A stretch of DNA of 64,000 nucleotides from Myxococcota bacterium (GCA_965223705.1 OZ245015.1:2848001-2912000), one strand, 5' to 3'. Positions 9,300-19,470 are shown, counted from the first letter of the stretch. Notes: generated by a model not told the origin, from the sequence alone. Made by a program: numbers and translations.

Positions 9300-10432
9300 C
9301 GCAGCTTCCCGAAGTAGTTTCGAAGGTCGGCGACGAACAGCTCCGGCTGCTCGAAAGCCGCGAAATGCCCGCCGCGAGGTTGTTCCACGAAGTGCCGGAT
9401 GTCGCTCCAGTCCTCTTCCATCCAGCGACGCACCGGGGGCACGATTTCTTTGGGATACACCGCGACTCCGGTCGGAATCTCGACCCGCTGGCGTTCGAGC
9501 GAACCGAAGCTCTCCCAGTAAATCCGGGCCGAGGACGCGCCGGTTGCTGTCGCCCAGTAGAGCATCACGTTGTCGAGAAGCTCGTCGCGGGAGAGCACGT
9601 TTTCCGGATGCCCGTCGCAATCGGTCCAGCGCCAAAACTTCTCGAGGATCCAGGCCGCTTGAGCGACGGGTGAGTCCACCAGACCGTACCCGACGGTTTG
9701 CGGACGCGTGCGCTGCTGCGTCGAGTAACCCGAGTCCCAATCTCGGTACGCTTTCAAGCCATCGAGCGCGCGTTGTTCTTCCGGCGTCGGCGCCCCGTCG
9801 ACCTTGGGGCGCGCTCCCATGGCCAAGGTGACGTGGATCCCGAGACAGTGTTCGGGATCTTGCCAGCCGATCGTCGTCGTGACGGCGGAGCCCCAATCGC
9901 CCCCCTGCGCGCCGTACCGGGCGTAGCCGAGCCGAGCCATCAACTGGGCCCACATCCGTGCGATCGCTTCGACTCCCGTCCCGGCGCGCGTGGGCTTCTG
10001 GGAAAACCCGAAGCCCGGGAGCGAAGGGCACACCACGTGAAACGCGTCGGACGCGCTGCCCCCGTGAGCCACCGGATCGACCAAGGGCTCGATGACTTTG
10101 TGGAACTCCACGATCGAGCCGGGCCAACCGTGGGTGATGAGGAGTGGCATGGCCCGCGGGTGAGGCGATCGCTGGTGGATGAAGTGAATCGCAAGGCCGT
10201 CGAGCGTCGTCGTGGCATGATCGAATCGGTTGAGCGCCCTCTCCCGCTCGCGCCAATCGTACGCGTTCGCCCAGTAGTCGCAGACTTCACGCAGCCAGTT
10301 TCGCGGAACCCCCTGACTCCAGTCGGGCACCGTCTCCGCTTCGGGCCAACGCGTCGCCTCGAGACGCCGCTTGAGGTCCGTGAGCACGTCTTCGGGGACG
10401 GCGATTCGAAACGGCTGGATGGTTTCGGTCAT
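9296..10432 (-). CDS. Epoxide hydrolase (EHN/microsomal type)
   Basis: PFRIAVP, YDWR, HGWPGS, PSLPGFGFS, QGGDWGS, GGHFAAFEQP. Confidence 0.92.
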   Translation of the reverse strand: MTETIQPFRIAVPEDVLTDLKRRLEATRWPEAETVPDWSQGVPRNWLREVCDYWANAYDWRERERALNRFDHATTTLDGLAIHFIHQRSPHPRAMPLLITHGWPGSIVEFHKVIEPLVDPVAHGGSASDAFHVVCPSLPGFGFSQKPTRAGTGVEAIARMWAQLMARLGYARYGAQGGDWGSAVTTTIGWQDPEHCLGIHVTLAMGARPKVDGAPTPEEQRALDGLKAYRDWDSGYSTQQRTRPQTVGYGLVDSPVAQAAWILEKFWRWTDCDGHPENVLSRDELLDNVMLYWATATGASSARIYWESFGSLERQRVEIPTGVAVYPKEIVPPVRRWMEEDWSDIRHFVEQPRGGHFAAFEQPELFVADLRNYFGKLR

Positions 10433-10491
10433 CGCGCAAGTTTCGCACAGCCGCCTGTGGATTGGATATCCTACCGCCACGAGGGAGCGCC

Positions 10492-12237
10492 ATGCCGACA
10501 TCACAAGCGCCTTACGATCTTCACATACACGGTGGAACCGTCGTCGACGGAACGCGCGTACCGCGGTATCGCGGGGACGTCTGGATCAAGGACGGTCGCA
10601 TCGCGCAAATCGGCGGGCGGTCGCCCGGCGAAGCCCGTGAAAGCGTCGACGCGACGGGCAAGATCGTCGCTCCGGGTTTCGTCGACCTTCACACGCACTA
10701 CGACGCGCAGATTCGCTGGGACCCGTGGTGCACCATTTCGGGCTGGCACGGTGTCACCTCGGTCGTGTTGGGCAATTGCGGTTTCGGCTTCGCCCCGGTG
10801 AGGCCCGATTTTCGCGAACGCTCCATGCTGACCATGACACGCACCGAAGCGATCCCCTTCGCGTCGATGCAGGCGGGTATGGCGTGGGATTGGGAGACGA
10901 TCCCCGAGTATCTCGACTCCCTCGAGCGTTCCCCGAAAGGCGTGAACTGCATCCAGTACATGCCTACGGCATCGCTCATGACGTACGTGATGGGTCTCGA
11001 CGCAGCGAAAACGCGCGCGGCGACCGCACCCGAGCGCGCGGAAATGCAACGACTCCTCAACGAGGGCATGGATGCCGGCTTGTGTGGCTTCTCGATCCAG
11101 CGCCTCGGACCGGATTCGGTGCAAGCGGATTTCGACGGCTCGCCGATGGTGACCGACACCATGTGCGACGACGACATCCTGTGCCTGGCCGAAGTGTTGC
11201 GCGAGCGTGACGAGGGTTTCATCCAGATCACGCAGGCCGCGGGCCGGATCAAGGAAGATCTCGCTTTTCTGGAGCGCCTCGCCGACACCGCCGGGCGCCC
11301 GATCCTTCACAACGTCGTCGCGCCCTCGCGCCAAAACGCCGAAGTCCATCGGCGACCGCTTCGCTGGATCGAAGAATGTCGAAGCCGAGGACTTCCGATC
11401 TACGCGCAATGCGCGACGGGCCGCGCCGGGTTCGCGTTTACCCTCGAGCACTGGAACTTGTACGACGCGTCTCCGGCGTGGCGCAACGTGACGACCGGCG
11501 ACAAGTCGTCGAAGATCGAGAAGATGCGCGATCCCGAGCTGCGTCGCGCGTTGATCGCAGAAGCGGAGGAAGCGGATCGACGGCTGCAAATCATCCAGGC
11601 GGGCGTCGGTGGGAACCCGAAGCACTTGGTGATCCAGGGGGTCGGCGACTGTCCCGAACTGGAGTCGTACGTCGGCCGTTCCGTCGGCGACATCGCCGCC
11701 GAAGAGGGGAAACACCACATCGAGGTCATGCTCGACCTCTCCCTCGCCGGCGATCTCGAGGTCGAATTTCTCGGCCCGGATCGCGGATCGAACTCCGAGT
11801 TCATGGCCGAGATGATGAACGACTCGCCCTACACCATACCCGGCGTGTCCGACGGAGGAGCGCACACAAAGTTCTTCACCGGTGGCGCGTTCACGACCGA
11901 TTTTCTGACTTGGCTCGTGCGAGACGAAGGGGTCGTCACACTCGAAGAAGCCCACTACCGATTATCGAACTTGCCGGCCCATGCCGCGGGTTTCCGCGAC
12001 CGCGGCGTGCTCCGGGAAGGCGCAGCGGCCGACGTCCTCGTCTACGACATCGAAGAGCTCGCGATCGACCCGCCGTGGATCGGAGAAGTCGAACACGATC
12101 TGCCCGCCGGCGAGTGGCGGCGCGTCCAGCGCGCCAAGGGCTACGACAAGATCATCGTGAACGGCGAAATCACGTTCGACGCCGGCGAATGCACGGGCGC
12201 GACTCCCGGGCGATTGCTCCGCCACGGGCGGGGGTAG
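10492..12237 (+). CDS. N-acyl-D-amino-acid deacylase-like amidohydrolase
   Basis: GGTVVDGT, APGFVDLHTHYDAQ, GVTSVVLGNCG, SDGGAH, RGVLREGAAAD. Confidence 0.9.
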   Translation: MPTSQAPYDLHIHGGTVVDGTRVPRYRGDVWIKDGRIAQIGGRSPGEARESVDATGKIVAPGFVDLHTHYDAQIRWDPWCTISGWHGVTSVVLGNCGFGFAPVRPDFRERSMLTMTRTEAIPFASMQAGMAWDWETIPEYLDSLERSPKGVNCIQYMPTASLMTYVMGLDAAKTRAATAPERAEMQRLLNEGMDAGLCGFSIQRLGPDSVQADFDGSPMVTDTMCDDDILCLAEVLRERDEGFIQITQAAGRIKEDLAFLERLADTAGRPILHNVVAPSRQNAEVHRRPLRWIEECRSRGLPIYAQCATGRAGFAFTLEHWNLYDASPAWRNVTTGDKSSKIEKMRDPELRRALIAEAEEADRRLQIIQAGVGGNPKHLVIQGVGDCPELESYVGRSVGDIAAEEGKHHIEVMLDLSLAGDLEVEFLGPDRGSNSEFMAEMMNDSPYTIPGVSDGGAHTKFFTGGAFTTDFLTWLVRDEGVVTLEEAHYRLSNLPAHAAGFRDRGVLREGAAADVLVYDIEELAIDPPWIGEVEHDLPAGEWRRVQRAKGYDKIIVNGEITFDAGECTGATPGRLLRHGRG

Positions 12238-12241
12238 GACG

Positions 12242-13288
12242 ATGTCGGTGCAGTCCCCGAGCTGGACGGAACACACCGCCCGGACCGGCGACCACGTAAC
12301 GGCGTACCTCGCGGCGGGCCCTGAAGACGGCCCGCTGATCATCTTTTGTCACGGTTGGCCGGAACTCGGTCTGAGCTGGAGGCACCAACTTCCCACACTC
12401 GCCGCACTGGGCTTTCGAGCCGTCGCACCCGACATGCGCGGTTACGGCCGTTCGAGCGTCTACGACCGTCACGAGGACTACACCGTCGAGGCCATCGTCG
12501 GCGACATGGTCGGACTGCTCGATCACTTGGGTCGTGAGCGCGCCGTCTGGGTCGGTCACGATTGGGGGAGCCCGATTGTGTGGAGCGTCGCAAGCCACCA
12601 CCCAGAGCGTTGCCATGGCGTGGCCAGTTTGTGCGTTCCGTACCGGACCATCGAGCAAGGCTTTGACGGATTGGTCTCGCTGGTCGACCGTTCGGTCTAC
12701 CCCGAGGACGAGTTCCCGGTCGGCCAATGGGACTACCAGCTCTTCTACCAGGAGAACTTCGCTCGCGCCCAAGAGACGCTCGGTGCGAACCCGTACAACA
12801 CCGTGCGGGCCCTGTTCCGAAAGGGCGACCCCGAAGGCCGCGGCAAGCCGACCTTCACCGCCTTCACCAGACGAAACGGCGGTTGGTTCGGTCCGCTCGA
12901 CGCGGCGCCGGACATGCCGCGCGACGACGACGTCGTGACGGAAGAGGATCTCCGGAGCTACGCCGCCGCGCTCGAGCGCAACGGGTTCTTCGGCCCCGAC
13001 TCCTGGTACATGAACCACGAAGCGAACCAGAAGTTCGGCGAACGCGCGGCGAACGGAGGCCGCCTCTCCATGCCGGCGTTGTTCTTGACGGCGGCTTACG
13101 ACTTCGTCTGCGAATGCGTCGACTCGAAACTCGCCGAACCGATGCGCGCGTATTGTGACAACCTGACCGAATTCACCGTGAACTCCGGCCACTGGATGGC
13201 GCAGGAAAAACCGCGCGACGTCAACGCCGCGTTGGTCCACTGGCTCGCGACACAACTGCCGGCGATCTGGCCGCGACCTCCCCTATAG
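12242..13288 (+). CDS. Alpha/beta hydrolase (soluble epoxide hydrolase, EphA-like)
   Basis: HGWPE, APDMRGYG, GHDWGS, GHWMAQEKP. Confidence 0.9.
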   Translation: MSVQSPSWTEHTARTGDHVTAYLAAGPEDGPLIIFCHGWPELGLSWRHQLPTLAALGFRAVAPDMRGYGRSSVYDRHEDYTVEAIVGDMVGLLDHLGRERAVWVGHDWGSPIVWSVASHHPERCHGVASLCVPYRTIEQGFDGLVSLVDRSVYPEDEFPVGQWDYQLFYQENFARAQETLGANPYNTVRALFRKGDPEGRGKPTFTAFTRRNGGWFGPLDAAPDMPRDDDVVTEEDLRSYAAALERNGFFGPDSWYMNHEANQKFGERAANGGRLSMPALFLTAAYDFVCECVDSKLAEPMRAYCDNLTEFTVNSGHWMAQEKPRDVNAALVHWLATQLPAIWPRPPL

Positions 13289-13681
13289 ATGAGAGTCACG
13301 CGCTTTACTGCGACGCCCGACGGAGGGTCCGTTTTCGAAGACGTCGAGGTCGGATTCCCCGTACCCCGAGAAGACGAGTTCGGGCACACCATGCACCAGA
13401 CACACCCCCTGGCCCCCACCGGCGCGGTGTTTGTGGAACTCCCGGCGGGCCTCGATCAGGGGTGGCACAACGCGCCGAACCGCCAGCTCGTGACGGTGCT
13501 CACGGGAGAACTCGAGGTGGAGACGACAGACGGAGAGAGGCGACGCTTCGGCGCGGGCGACATCTTCATGGCGGACGATGTCGAAGGTCGAGGGCACCTC
13601 ACGCGAGTCTTCGATGAACCCGCTCGCGTGCTCTTCGTGGTGGTGCCGGACGCGTTTTCACTCGCCGCTCTTGGCAGATAG
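13289..13681 (+). CDS. Cupin domain protein
   Basis: WHNAPNRQL...GELEVE...FGAGD...DDVEGRGH. Confidence 0.8.
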   Translation: MRVTRFTATPDGGSVFEDVEVGFPVPREDEFGHTMHQTHPLAPTGAVFVELPAGLDQGWHNAPNRQLVTVLTGELEVETTDGERRRFGAGDIFMADDVEGRGHLTRVFDEPARVLFVVVPDAFSLAALGR

Positions 13682-13712
13682 GACCGAACAGGCGTTCGGC
13701 GAAGTCGCCCCG

Positions 13713-15104
13713 CTAGACCGATGAAAGCGGAAGCGGTCGCCCGCTCATGGTGGCCGGCTGTTCAACACCGAGTAGCGACAAGACCGTGGGCGCGATCGAC
13801 TTGAGCGACACCTTCCCCGGATGCTCCCGGTGCGTCCGAGACGGGCGCCGGATCCAGAGCAGACCGTCGGGGTGGTGCACGCCGCTCTTGACGCTGGCAG
13901 CGCGATACAGGAGATCGCTAAAAGGAACGCGTCGCCCCGACGTCGGGTTCGTGAGCTCGGCGGCGTCCGGAAGCTTGTCGAAGATGCGGCAGCCCGCGTA
14001 GAGCTCCCTCCCCCGGCAATCGATTCGGAAGGCCGCCTCGCCTTCGACCTGTAGGCCACCGAGCGCCTCGGCGGACGCGAGCGCGGCCGCCTCGGTGTCG
14101 AACTGCAGCCAGAACTCTTCCGACATCACCGGCGTGCATTCGTGGCGCTCCTTGATCCCGGCGAAGTCCGCGAGCGCTCCAAAATCGTGGGGTCGATAGA
14201 AGTACTTCCCGCCGGAATCTTCCCACCGAACATCGGGTTGTTGGCTCAACGCGGTACAGAACACGAGAGTGGCGTTATCGCCCGCGAGTTCGAGGAAACG
14301 CGAAACGATCCGATCGTTTTCCTGATACCCGAAGAGCACCGCGTCTCGAAATTCCTCCTGCTCTTCGGGAGTCGGAGCGATATCGAAGCGCTCGGGCTCG
14401 AAGTTTCGCCAACGCGTGTGCTGCAGGTGCGCCACGCTGTTGAGAAAGAAGCTCGAAAAATCCGGTCGCTGGCGGCGATAGAACCACCGAAACAAGTCGA
14501 ACTGAAGCCGGTCGAGGATGGTGACGCGCTTCCAGCCGAAGCGACCGCCGCGTTCCCGTAGAAGCTGACGCGCGGTCGCCCACACCGTCTCGGACGAGAG
14601 TCCGTGACGCGCGAGAAACGCTCCGAACCGCGCGTAGTCCGACCCCCCGAGCCGAGTATCGCCACCGGTGTGTTCGAGAACGTGGCGCTGAACGACGTCG
14701 AAGAAGGCGGAGAGCTCGGGTGGAGACGGCCGGGCATCCGTGGCCCAGGCGTCGGGCAGGAAAGTCGTCGCGTCCGAGCGCGACCGGACGTTCATGCTGC
14801 CGCACAGCCAGACGCTCCGGCCGGCGTCGGCGAGCACATCGCCCACGAAGGGGACCCTCGATCGCCCGCCCTCGCCCAACAGGAAGGCGCCGTGCTCCGC
14901 GAGGGTGGCGCCCGTGTGGACGGTGACCCACTGGATCCACGGATTCAGGCTCGTGCCGGTCTCGTCCGCGTCCGTCGTAAAGACCTCGGACTCGGAGAAA
15001 AGTCGTGAAAAACCGGGAAGCTTCCCTTGCTCCATAAACTGGAACATGAGCCGTGGCGTCAATTCGTTGAGTTCGAGTTGGATTACCGGGCCCGGAGCGA
15101 TCAT
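13713..15104 (-). CDS. Hypothetical protein, probable alkaline-phosphatase/phosphodiesterase-like fold
   Basis: IQLELNEL, PWIQWVTVHTG, FLNSVAHLQH, SGVHHPDG, IAPTVL motifs; coding-like composition from ATG 15104. Confidence 0.6.
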   Translation of the reverse strand: MIAPGPVIQLELNELTPRLMFQFMEQGKLPGFSRLFSESEVFTTDADETGTSLNPWIQWVTVHTGATLAEHGAFLLGEGGRSRVPFVGDVLADAGRSVWLCGSMNVRSRSDATTFLPDAWATDARPSPPELSAFFDVVQRHVLEHTGGDTRLGGSDYARFGAFLARHGLSSETVWATARQLLRERGGRFGWKRVTILDRLQFDLFRWFYRRQRPDFSSFFLNSVAHLQHTRWRNFEPERFDIAPTPEEQEEFRDAVLFGYQENDRIVSRFLELAGDNATLVFCTALSQQPDVRWEDSGGKYFYRPHDFGALADFAGIKERHECTPVMSEEFWLQFDTEAAALASAEALGGLQVEGEAAFRIDCRGRELYAGCRIFDKLPDAAELTNPTSGRRVPFSDLLYRAASVKSGVHHPDGLLWIRRPSRTHREHPGKVSLKSIAPTVLSLLGVEQPATMSGRPLPLSSV

Positions 15105-15260
15105 CGTGCTTTTCCCCACTCTGTACGCCAGACCCCGGCGGAGTGTCACACCTGGCGAGGGTCGATTCAACCCCCCTGCGGGGCGCCCGAGTGTGATAGA
15201 CAGGACGCATGAAGGTTGCCCCGCTCGCCTGCGTAAGGCCCGAACCCGTCGCAGCTCTCC

Positions 15261-16328
15261 GTGGTTGAGCCCTACAACGCGGTAGGTCTCGTGCCGACGG
15301 TACGGGGAATCCGTCGACGCGAAGACATCATGCGGAACATCGAACACCACCGGCATATGGTGAAGGCCGCGTGTTGGCTCGCTGGGCTCGACCTGCCGGT
15401 CCGTCTGGTCGCCCTACCCGAGGGCGCGTTGCAGGGGTTCAATGACGAAGTGCTCGACGCGGATCACGAGGAGTTTGCCGCGACTTGTGCCATCGACATC
15501 CCGGGGCCAGAGACCGACGCGCTCGGTGAGATCGCTCGGGAGTACGACGTCTACCTCATCGGCCAGGCAAAGGCTCGGCATCCCGAGATCGAAAAGCGAT
15601 TCTTCAATGTCGGGTTCATCCTGAGCCCCGAAGGCGACGTCATCTTGCGCCATTACAAGGTGTCGCCGCTCTTCCCGGTGGAGCACTCGGTGTGCCCTCA
15701 CGACGTCTTCGATTGGTGGATCGAGCGCTACGGGAGCACCCTCGATGCGTTTTGGCCGGTTGCCGACACGGAGATCGGCCGAATCGGCATCATGATGGCG
15801 AACGAGGGTTCGTACCCAGAGCACGCGCGCGGGCTCGCCATGAACGGCGCGGAGATCGTCTACCGTGCCTCGATCCCCCACCCCGCCGCGTCGAACGACT
15901 ACTACGAGGTCCAGAGTCGCGCGCGGGCGCTCGACAACAACATGTACGTCCTGGCACCGAACATGGGCACCTACTACCTCGACGCCGACTCCGATACGCC
16001 GATCGATACGTTCGGCGGACACTCGTACATCATCGACTACCGCGGCCAGGTGGTCGGTCGCCAGGAGTACGGTGGCGTGTCGACGAGCGTGTGTGGACCG
16101 ATTCACATCGAAGCACTTCGCCACCATCGCGCGACGTCGAAGTGGACGAATTGGATGAAGGATCTCCGCACGGAGATGATCCAGCTGATCTATGAGCAGC
16201 CGATCTACCCGAAGAATCTCTATCTCGACCGCGCGCCCTTGAAGCACGACGAATACGCTGAGAAAGTGACCCGACAGCAGATCGCGCTCATGCACGAACG
16301 CGACATCTGGAAGAAGCCCGGCAGCTAG
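15261..16328 (+). CDS. Nitrilase-related carbon-nitrogen hydrolase-like protein (nucleophile position is Ala)
   Basis: LVALPEG, FFNVGFIL, HYK, ADTEIGRIGIMMANEG, RARALDNNMYV, GHSYIIDYRG. Confidence 0.85.
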   Translation: MVEPYNAVGLVPTVRGIRRREDIMRNIEHHRHMVKAACWLAGLDLPVRLVALPEGALQGFNDEVLDADHEEFAATCAIDIPGPETDALGEIAREYDVYLIGQAKARHPEIEKRFFNVGFILSPEGDVILRHYKVSPLFPVEHSVCPHDVFDWWIERYGSTLDAFWPVADTEIGRIGIMMANEGSYPEHARGLAMNGAEIVYRASIPHPAASNDYYEVQSRARALDNNMYVLAPNMGTYYLDADSDTPIDTFGGHSYIIDYRGQVVGRQEYGGVSTSVCGPIHIEALRHHRATSKWTNWMKDLRTEMIQLIYEQPIYPKNLYLDRAPLKHDEYAEKVTRQQIALMHERDIWKKPGS

Positions 16329-16366
16329 GTCGCCCATCGCGACGCCGATGCTCTACCTTGGATGAC

Positions 16367-17416
16367 ATGACCGACAACTCCGCACCCCCCGGCATCGACC
16401 GAGAAGCGGTCGAACGTTGGATCGCCGAACGCTCGGCCGATCTCACCCCGCCGTTTCGTTGGATGCGCCTGGAAGGCGGCCACTCGAACCTGACGTATCG
16501 CGTGGAGGACTCGAAGGGCCGCGAAGCGGTGGTTCGACGACCTCCCGAGGGCAAGCTCCTACCCAAAGCCCACGACATGGGGCGCGAATTCAAGATCATC
16601 GCCGCGCTCGCGCCGACTCCGGTGCCGGTCGCCCCGCCCATCGCGTATTGCGAAGACCCGAGCATTACCGGTGCGCACTTCTACGTGATGGGATGCGTGC
16701 CCGGCCGAGCCCTGTACGAACGTCAAGACGTCCTCGAGGCTCTGCCGCTTGAAAAACGACGCGCGCTCAGCTTTTCGTTCATCGACGTGCTGGCCGACCT
16801 TCACGCACTCGACCCGGAAGCGATCGGCCTCGGCGACCTCGGGCGACCAGACGCCTATGTCGCCCGGCAACTGAAACGCTGGTACGGATCCTGGGAATCG
16901 TCACGGGAGTCCGCGAAGATCGATCTCCCGATCGTCGATGAGCTGCACGACCTTCTCTCGGCACGTGTGCCGGCGCAAGAATCCGGCCGGGTCGTGCATG
17001 GTGACTATGGGCTCCACAACTGCCTCGCCGCAGAAGAAGGTGTCATCGCCGCTGTCCTCGACTGGGAGATCAGTACCTTGGGCGATCCCCTCGCGGATCT
17101 CGGATACGCACTCAACACGTGGTCCGAGCCCGGCGACGCGGTCACCCTCAAAGACGATGCCCCGACGGACGAGCCCGGCTTCGCCACGCGTGCCGAGATG
17201 CTCGAGCGATACGCCCAGCGAAGCGGCCGCGATGTCTCGGGAATCGGCTACTACACCGCTTTCAACTTCTGGAAGACCGCGTGCATTATTCAAGGGGTGT
17301 ATGCCCGGTACGTGCAGGGTCAAAAGAGCACCGAGGGCATCGACCTCGACTATCTCCGCGAGCGGGTTCATCGCGCCGCAACGCTCGCGGAAAACGCCGC
17401 AACCGAACTGGGGTAG
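16367..17416 (+). CDS. APH/ACAD10-like phosphotransferase family protein
   Basis: GGHSNLTY, VVRRPP, AHDMGRE, VVHGDY, AVLDWEISTLGDPLADLG. Confidence 0.9.
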   Translation: MTDNSAPPGIDREAVERWIAERSADLTPPFRWMRLEGGHSNLTYRVEDSKGREAVVRRPPEGKLLPKAHDMGREFKIIAALAPTPVPVAPPIAYCEDPSITGAHFYVMGCVPGRALYERQDVLEALPLEKRRALSFSFIDVLADLHALDPEAIGLGDLGRPDAYVARQLKRWYGSWESSRESAKIDLPIVDELHDLLSARVPAQESGRVVHGDYGLHNCLAAEEGVIAAVLDWEISTLGDPLADLGYALNTWSEPGDAVTLKDDAPTDEPGFATRAEMLERYAQRSGRDVSGIGYYTAFNFWKTACIIQGVYARYVQGQKSTEGIDLDYLRERVHRAATLAENAATELG

Positions 17417-17467
17417 GCTGCCGCACGCGCATCCGCGCTAGTGTGAGCTGCCGAGGAGGAGCCATCC

Positions 17468-18556
17468 ATGAAAGCCGCCGTACTGAACGAAATCCCGGGC
17501 CAGCTCGAGATCGAAGACGTCACGATCGACAAGCCGGCGCCCGATGAAATCCTGATCGAGACCAAGAACGCAGGCCTGTGCCATAGCGATCTTCATTTCA
17601 TGGAAGGCCACTGGCAGACGAAGTTGCCGGCGGTGATGGGTCATGAAGCGGCCGGGATCGTCGAAGCCGTCGGCGAGAACGTCCGGTACGTGAAGCCCGG
17701 CGACCGGGTCATCACCTGCCTCTCCCTCTTCTGCGGGACCTGCGATTTCTGTTTGGGCGGTCGCATGAACCTGTGCCAGAACTTTTCCGCGACGGCGCGG
17801 CCGAAAGGCGCGCCAGGGCGCCTCACCAACAAAGCCGGCGTCGAGCTCGCCCAGTTCGCCCGGCTCGCGAGTTTCGCGGAGCAGATGCTGGTCCATCAGA
17901 ACGCGGTGGTCACGGTGCGCGAAGAGATGCCCCTCGATAAAGCCGCGCTCATCGGCTGCGGCGTGACGACCGGCATGGGCGCCGTCTTCCGGACCGCCCG
18001 CATCGAGCCGGGCGCGACCGTGTGCGTCATCGGCGCGGGCGGCGTCGGCCTTTCCGCGGTTCAGGCCGCGCGGATCGCCGGTGCGGGCCGACTCATCGTC
18101 GTCGACATCACCGAGGAGAAACTCGCCAAGGCGAAAGAGCTCGGCGCCACAGACGTCGTGAACGGCGCAGAAGTCGACGCGGTCGAAGCGGTGAAGGAGC
18201 TCACCGGCGGCGGCGTCGAGTATTCGTTTGAAGCGATCGGCTTGAAGAAAACCGTAGAGCAGGCATGGGGCATGCTCGCCGTGGGCGGGACGGCCACGGT
18301 CATCGGCATGATGCCTTTCGGCGAGAAAGTCGAGATCATGGGCTACGAGATCTTCATGCAGGAGAAGACGCTCAAAGGCTCCATGATGGGATCGAACCAG
18401 TTCCGCAAGGACATGCCGCGCTTTGTCGACATGTACCTCGACGGACGACTGAAGCTCGACGAAATGGTGTCGCAACACATCCCCCTCGAGAAGATCAACG
18501 ACGGCTACACGTCGATGCAGCGCGGCGAGCTCGCCCGCACCGTCGTCGACTTCTAG
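17468..18556 (+). CDS. Zn-dependent alcohol dehydrogenase (class III-like)
   Basis: GLCHSDLH, GHEAAG, CGTCDFC...C, LIGCGVTTG, GAGGVG. Confidence 0.92.
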   Translation: MKAAVLNEIPGQLEIEDVTIDKPAPDEILIETKNAGLCHSDLHFMEGHWQTKLPAVMGHEAAGIVEAVGENVRYVKPGDRVITCLSLFCGTCDFCLGGRMNLCQNFSATARPKGAPGRLTNKAGVELAQFARLASFAEQMLVHQNAVVTVREEMPLDKAALIGCGVTTGMGAVFRTARIEPGATVCVIGAGGVGLSAVQAARIAGAGRLIVVDITEEKLAKAKELGATDVVNGAEVDAVEAVKELTGGGVEYSFEAIGLKKTVEQAWGMLAVGGTATVIGMMPFGEKVEIMGYEIFMQEKTLKGSMMGSNQFRKDMPRFVDMYLDGRLKLDEMVSQHIPLEKINDGYTSMQRGELARTVVDF

Positions 18557-18587
18557 CCGCCAGGGCGCGGAGGATCTCCGCAATCCG

Positions 18588-19346
18588 ATGCTCGTGATCT
18601 ACGGCGTTCCGAACTCTCAGCCGGTGCGTGCGGTGGTCTGGCTCTGCTTGATGAAGGGCTTGCCCTTCGACCTTCGGCTGACGAGCCAAAACGACCACGC
18701 AAAACGCCCCGAGTATCTCGATCGCGTGAATCCGCGGGGCACGATTCCGGCGATCGACGACGACGGCGTCGTTCTGTGGGAAAGCCACGCGATCATGATC
18801 TACCTGTGCGAAAAGCACGGGTGGCGGGATCTCTGGCCGGAGGATCTCGTAGCGCGCGCGCAGGTGAACCAGTACCTCCACTTCCACCATCGCAACACCC
18901 GCGAGCTCGTCGAATCGTGGAGTCGCGCCCTCTGGCCCACGGTGTTCGGTAAGAGCGATCCCGATGAGGCGTGGTACCTCCGAAACACGTTCGTCGGCGT
19001 GCGCAACAACGCCGAGGTCGCCCAGCAGGCCCTCCGCACCATCGAGACCTTGCTCGAACGGGCGCCATTCTTGGCGGGCGAATCGCTGACCTTGGCAGAC
19101 CTCTCTGCCTACGAGGAGCTCGGGCAAAACCAGCCCCGGTTTGCGAACTGCACCGACTACCGTCCCTACCCCCACATCCGGCGATGGCTCGCCGAGATGG
19201 CGCGATTGCCCTTTCACGACGAAGCCCATGACGTGTGGGTCCGCATCGGAGATGCGCGGAAGCTCGAGGGTGGGATGCGGGCGATCGCGACCGCGAACAA
19301 AGAGGCGGCGCGCACGATCCGGGAAGCGGTCGAGGGAATGCGTTAG
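18588..19346 (+). CDS. Glutathione S-transferase (theta-like)
   Basis: SQPVRAV, NPRGTIPAIDD, LWESHAIMIYL, LTLADL. Confidence 0.9.
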   Translation: MLVIYGVPNSQPVRAVVWLCLMKGLPFDLRLTSQNDHAKRPEYLDRVNPRGTIPAIDDDGVVLWESHAIMIYLCEKHGWRDLWPEDLVARAQVNQYLHFHHRNTRELVESWSRALWPTVFGKSDPDEAWYLRNTFVGVRNNAEVAQQALRTIETLLERAPFLAGESLTLADLSAYEELGQNQPRFANCTDYRPYPHIRRWLAEMARLPFHDEAHDVWVRIGDARKLEGGMRAIATANKEAARTIREAVEGMR

Positions 19347-19422
19347 TGGTGGGCCGCCAGGGACTCGAACCCTGAACCGGCGGGTTAAAAGCCCGATGCT
19401 CTACCAATTGAGCTAACGGCCC
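19347..19422 (-). tRNA. tRNA-Lys (anticodon UUU), CCA encoded
   Basis: Reverse complement GGGCCGTTAGCTCAATTGGTAGAGCATCGGGCTTTTAACCCGCCGGTTCAGGGTTCGAGTCCCTGGCGGCCCACCA: 76-nt cloverleaf, TTCGA T-loop, CTTTTAA anticodon loop. Confidence 0.97.
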
Positions 19423-19470
19423 ACGCCCCTGAGTTAACACCGCGCCTCGGCGGTGTCGAGCCGCGCCGGC

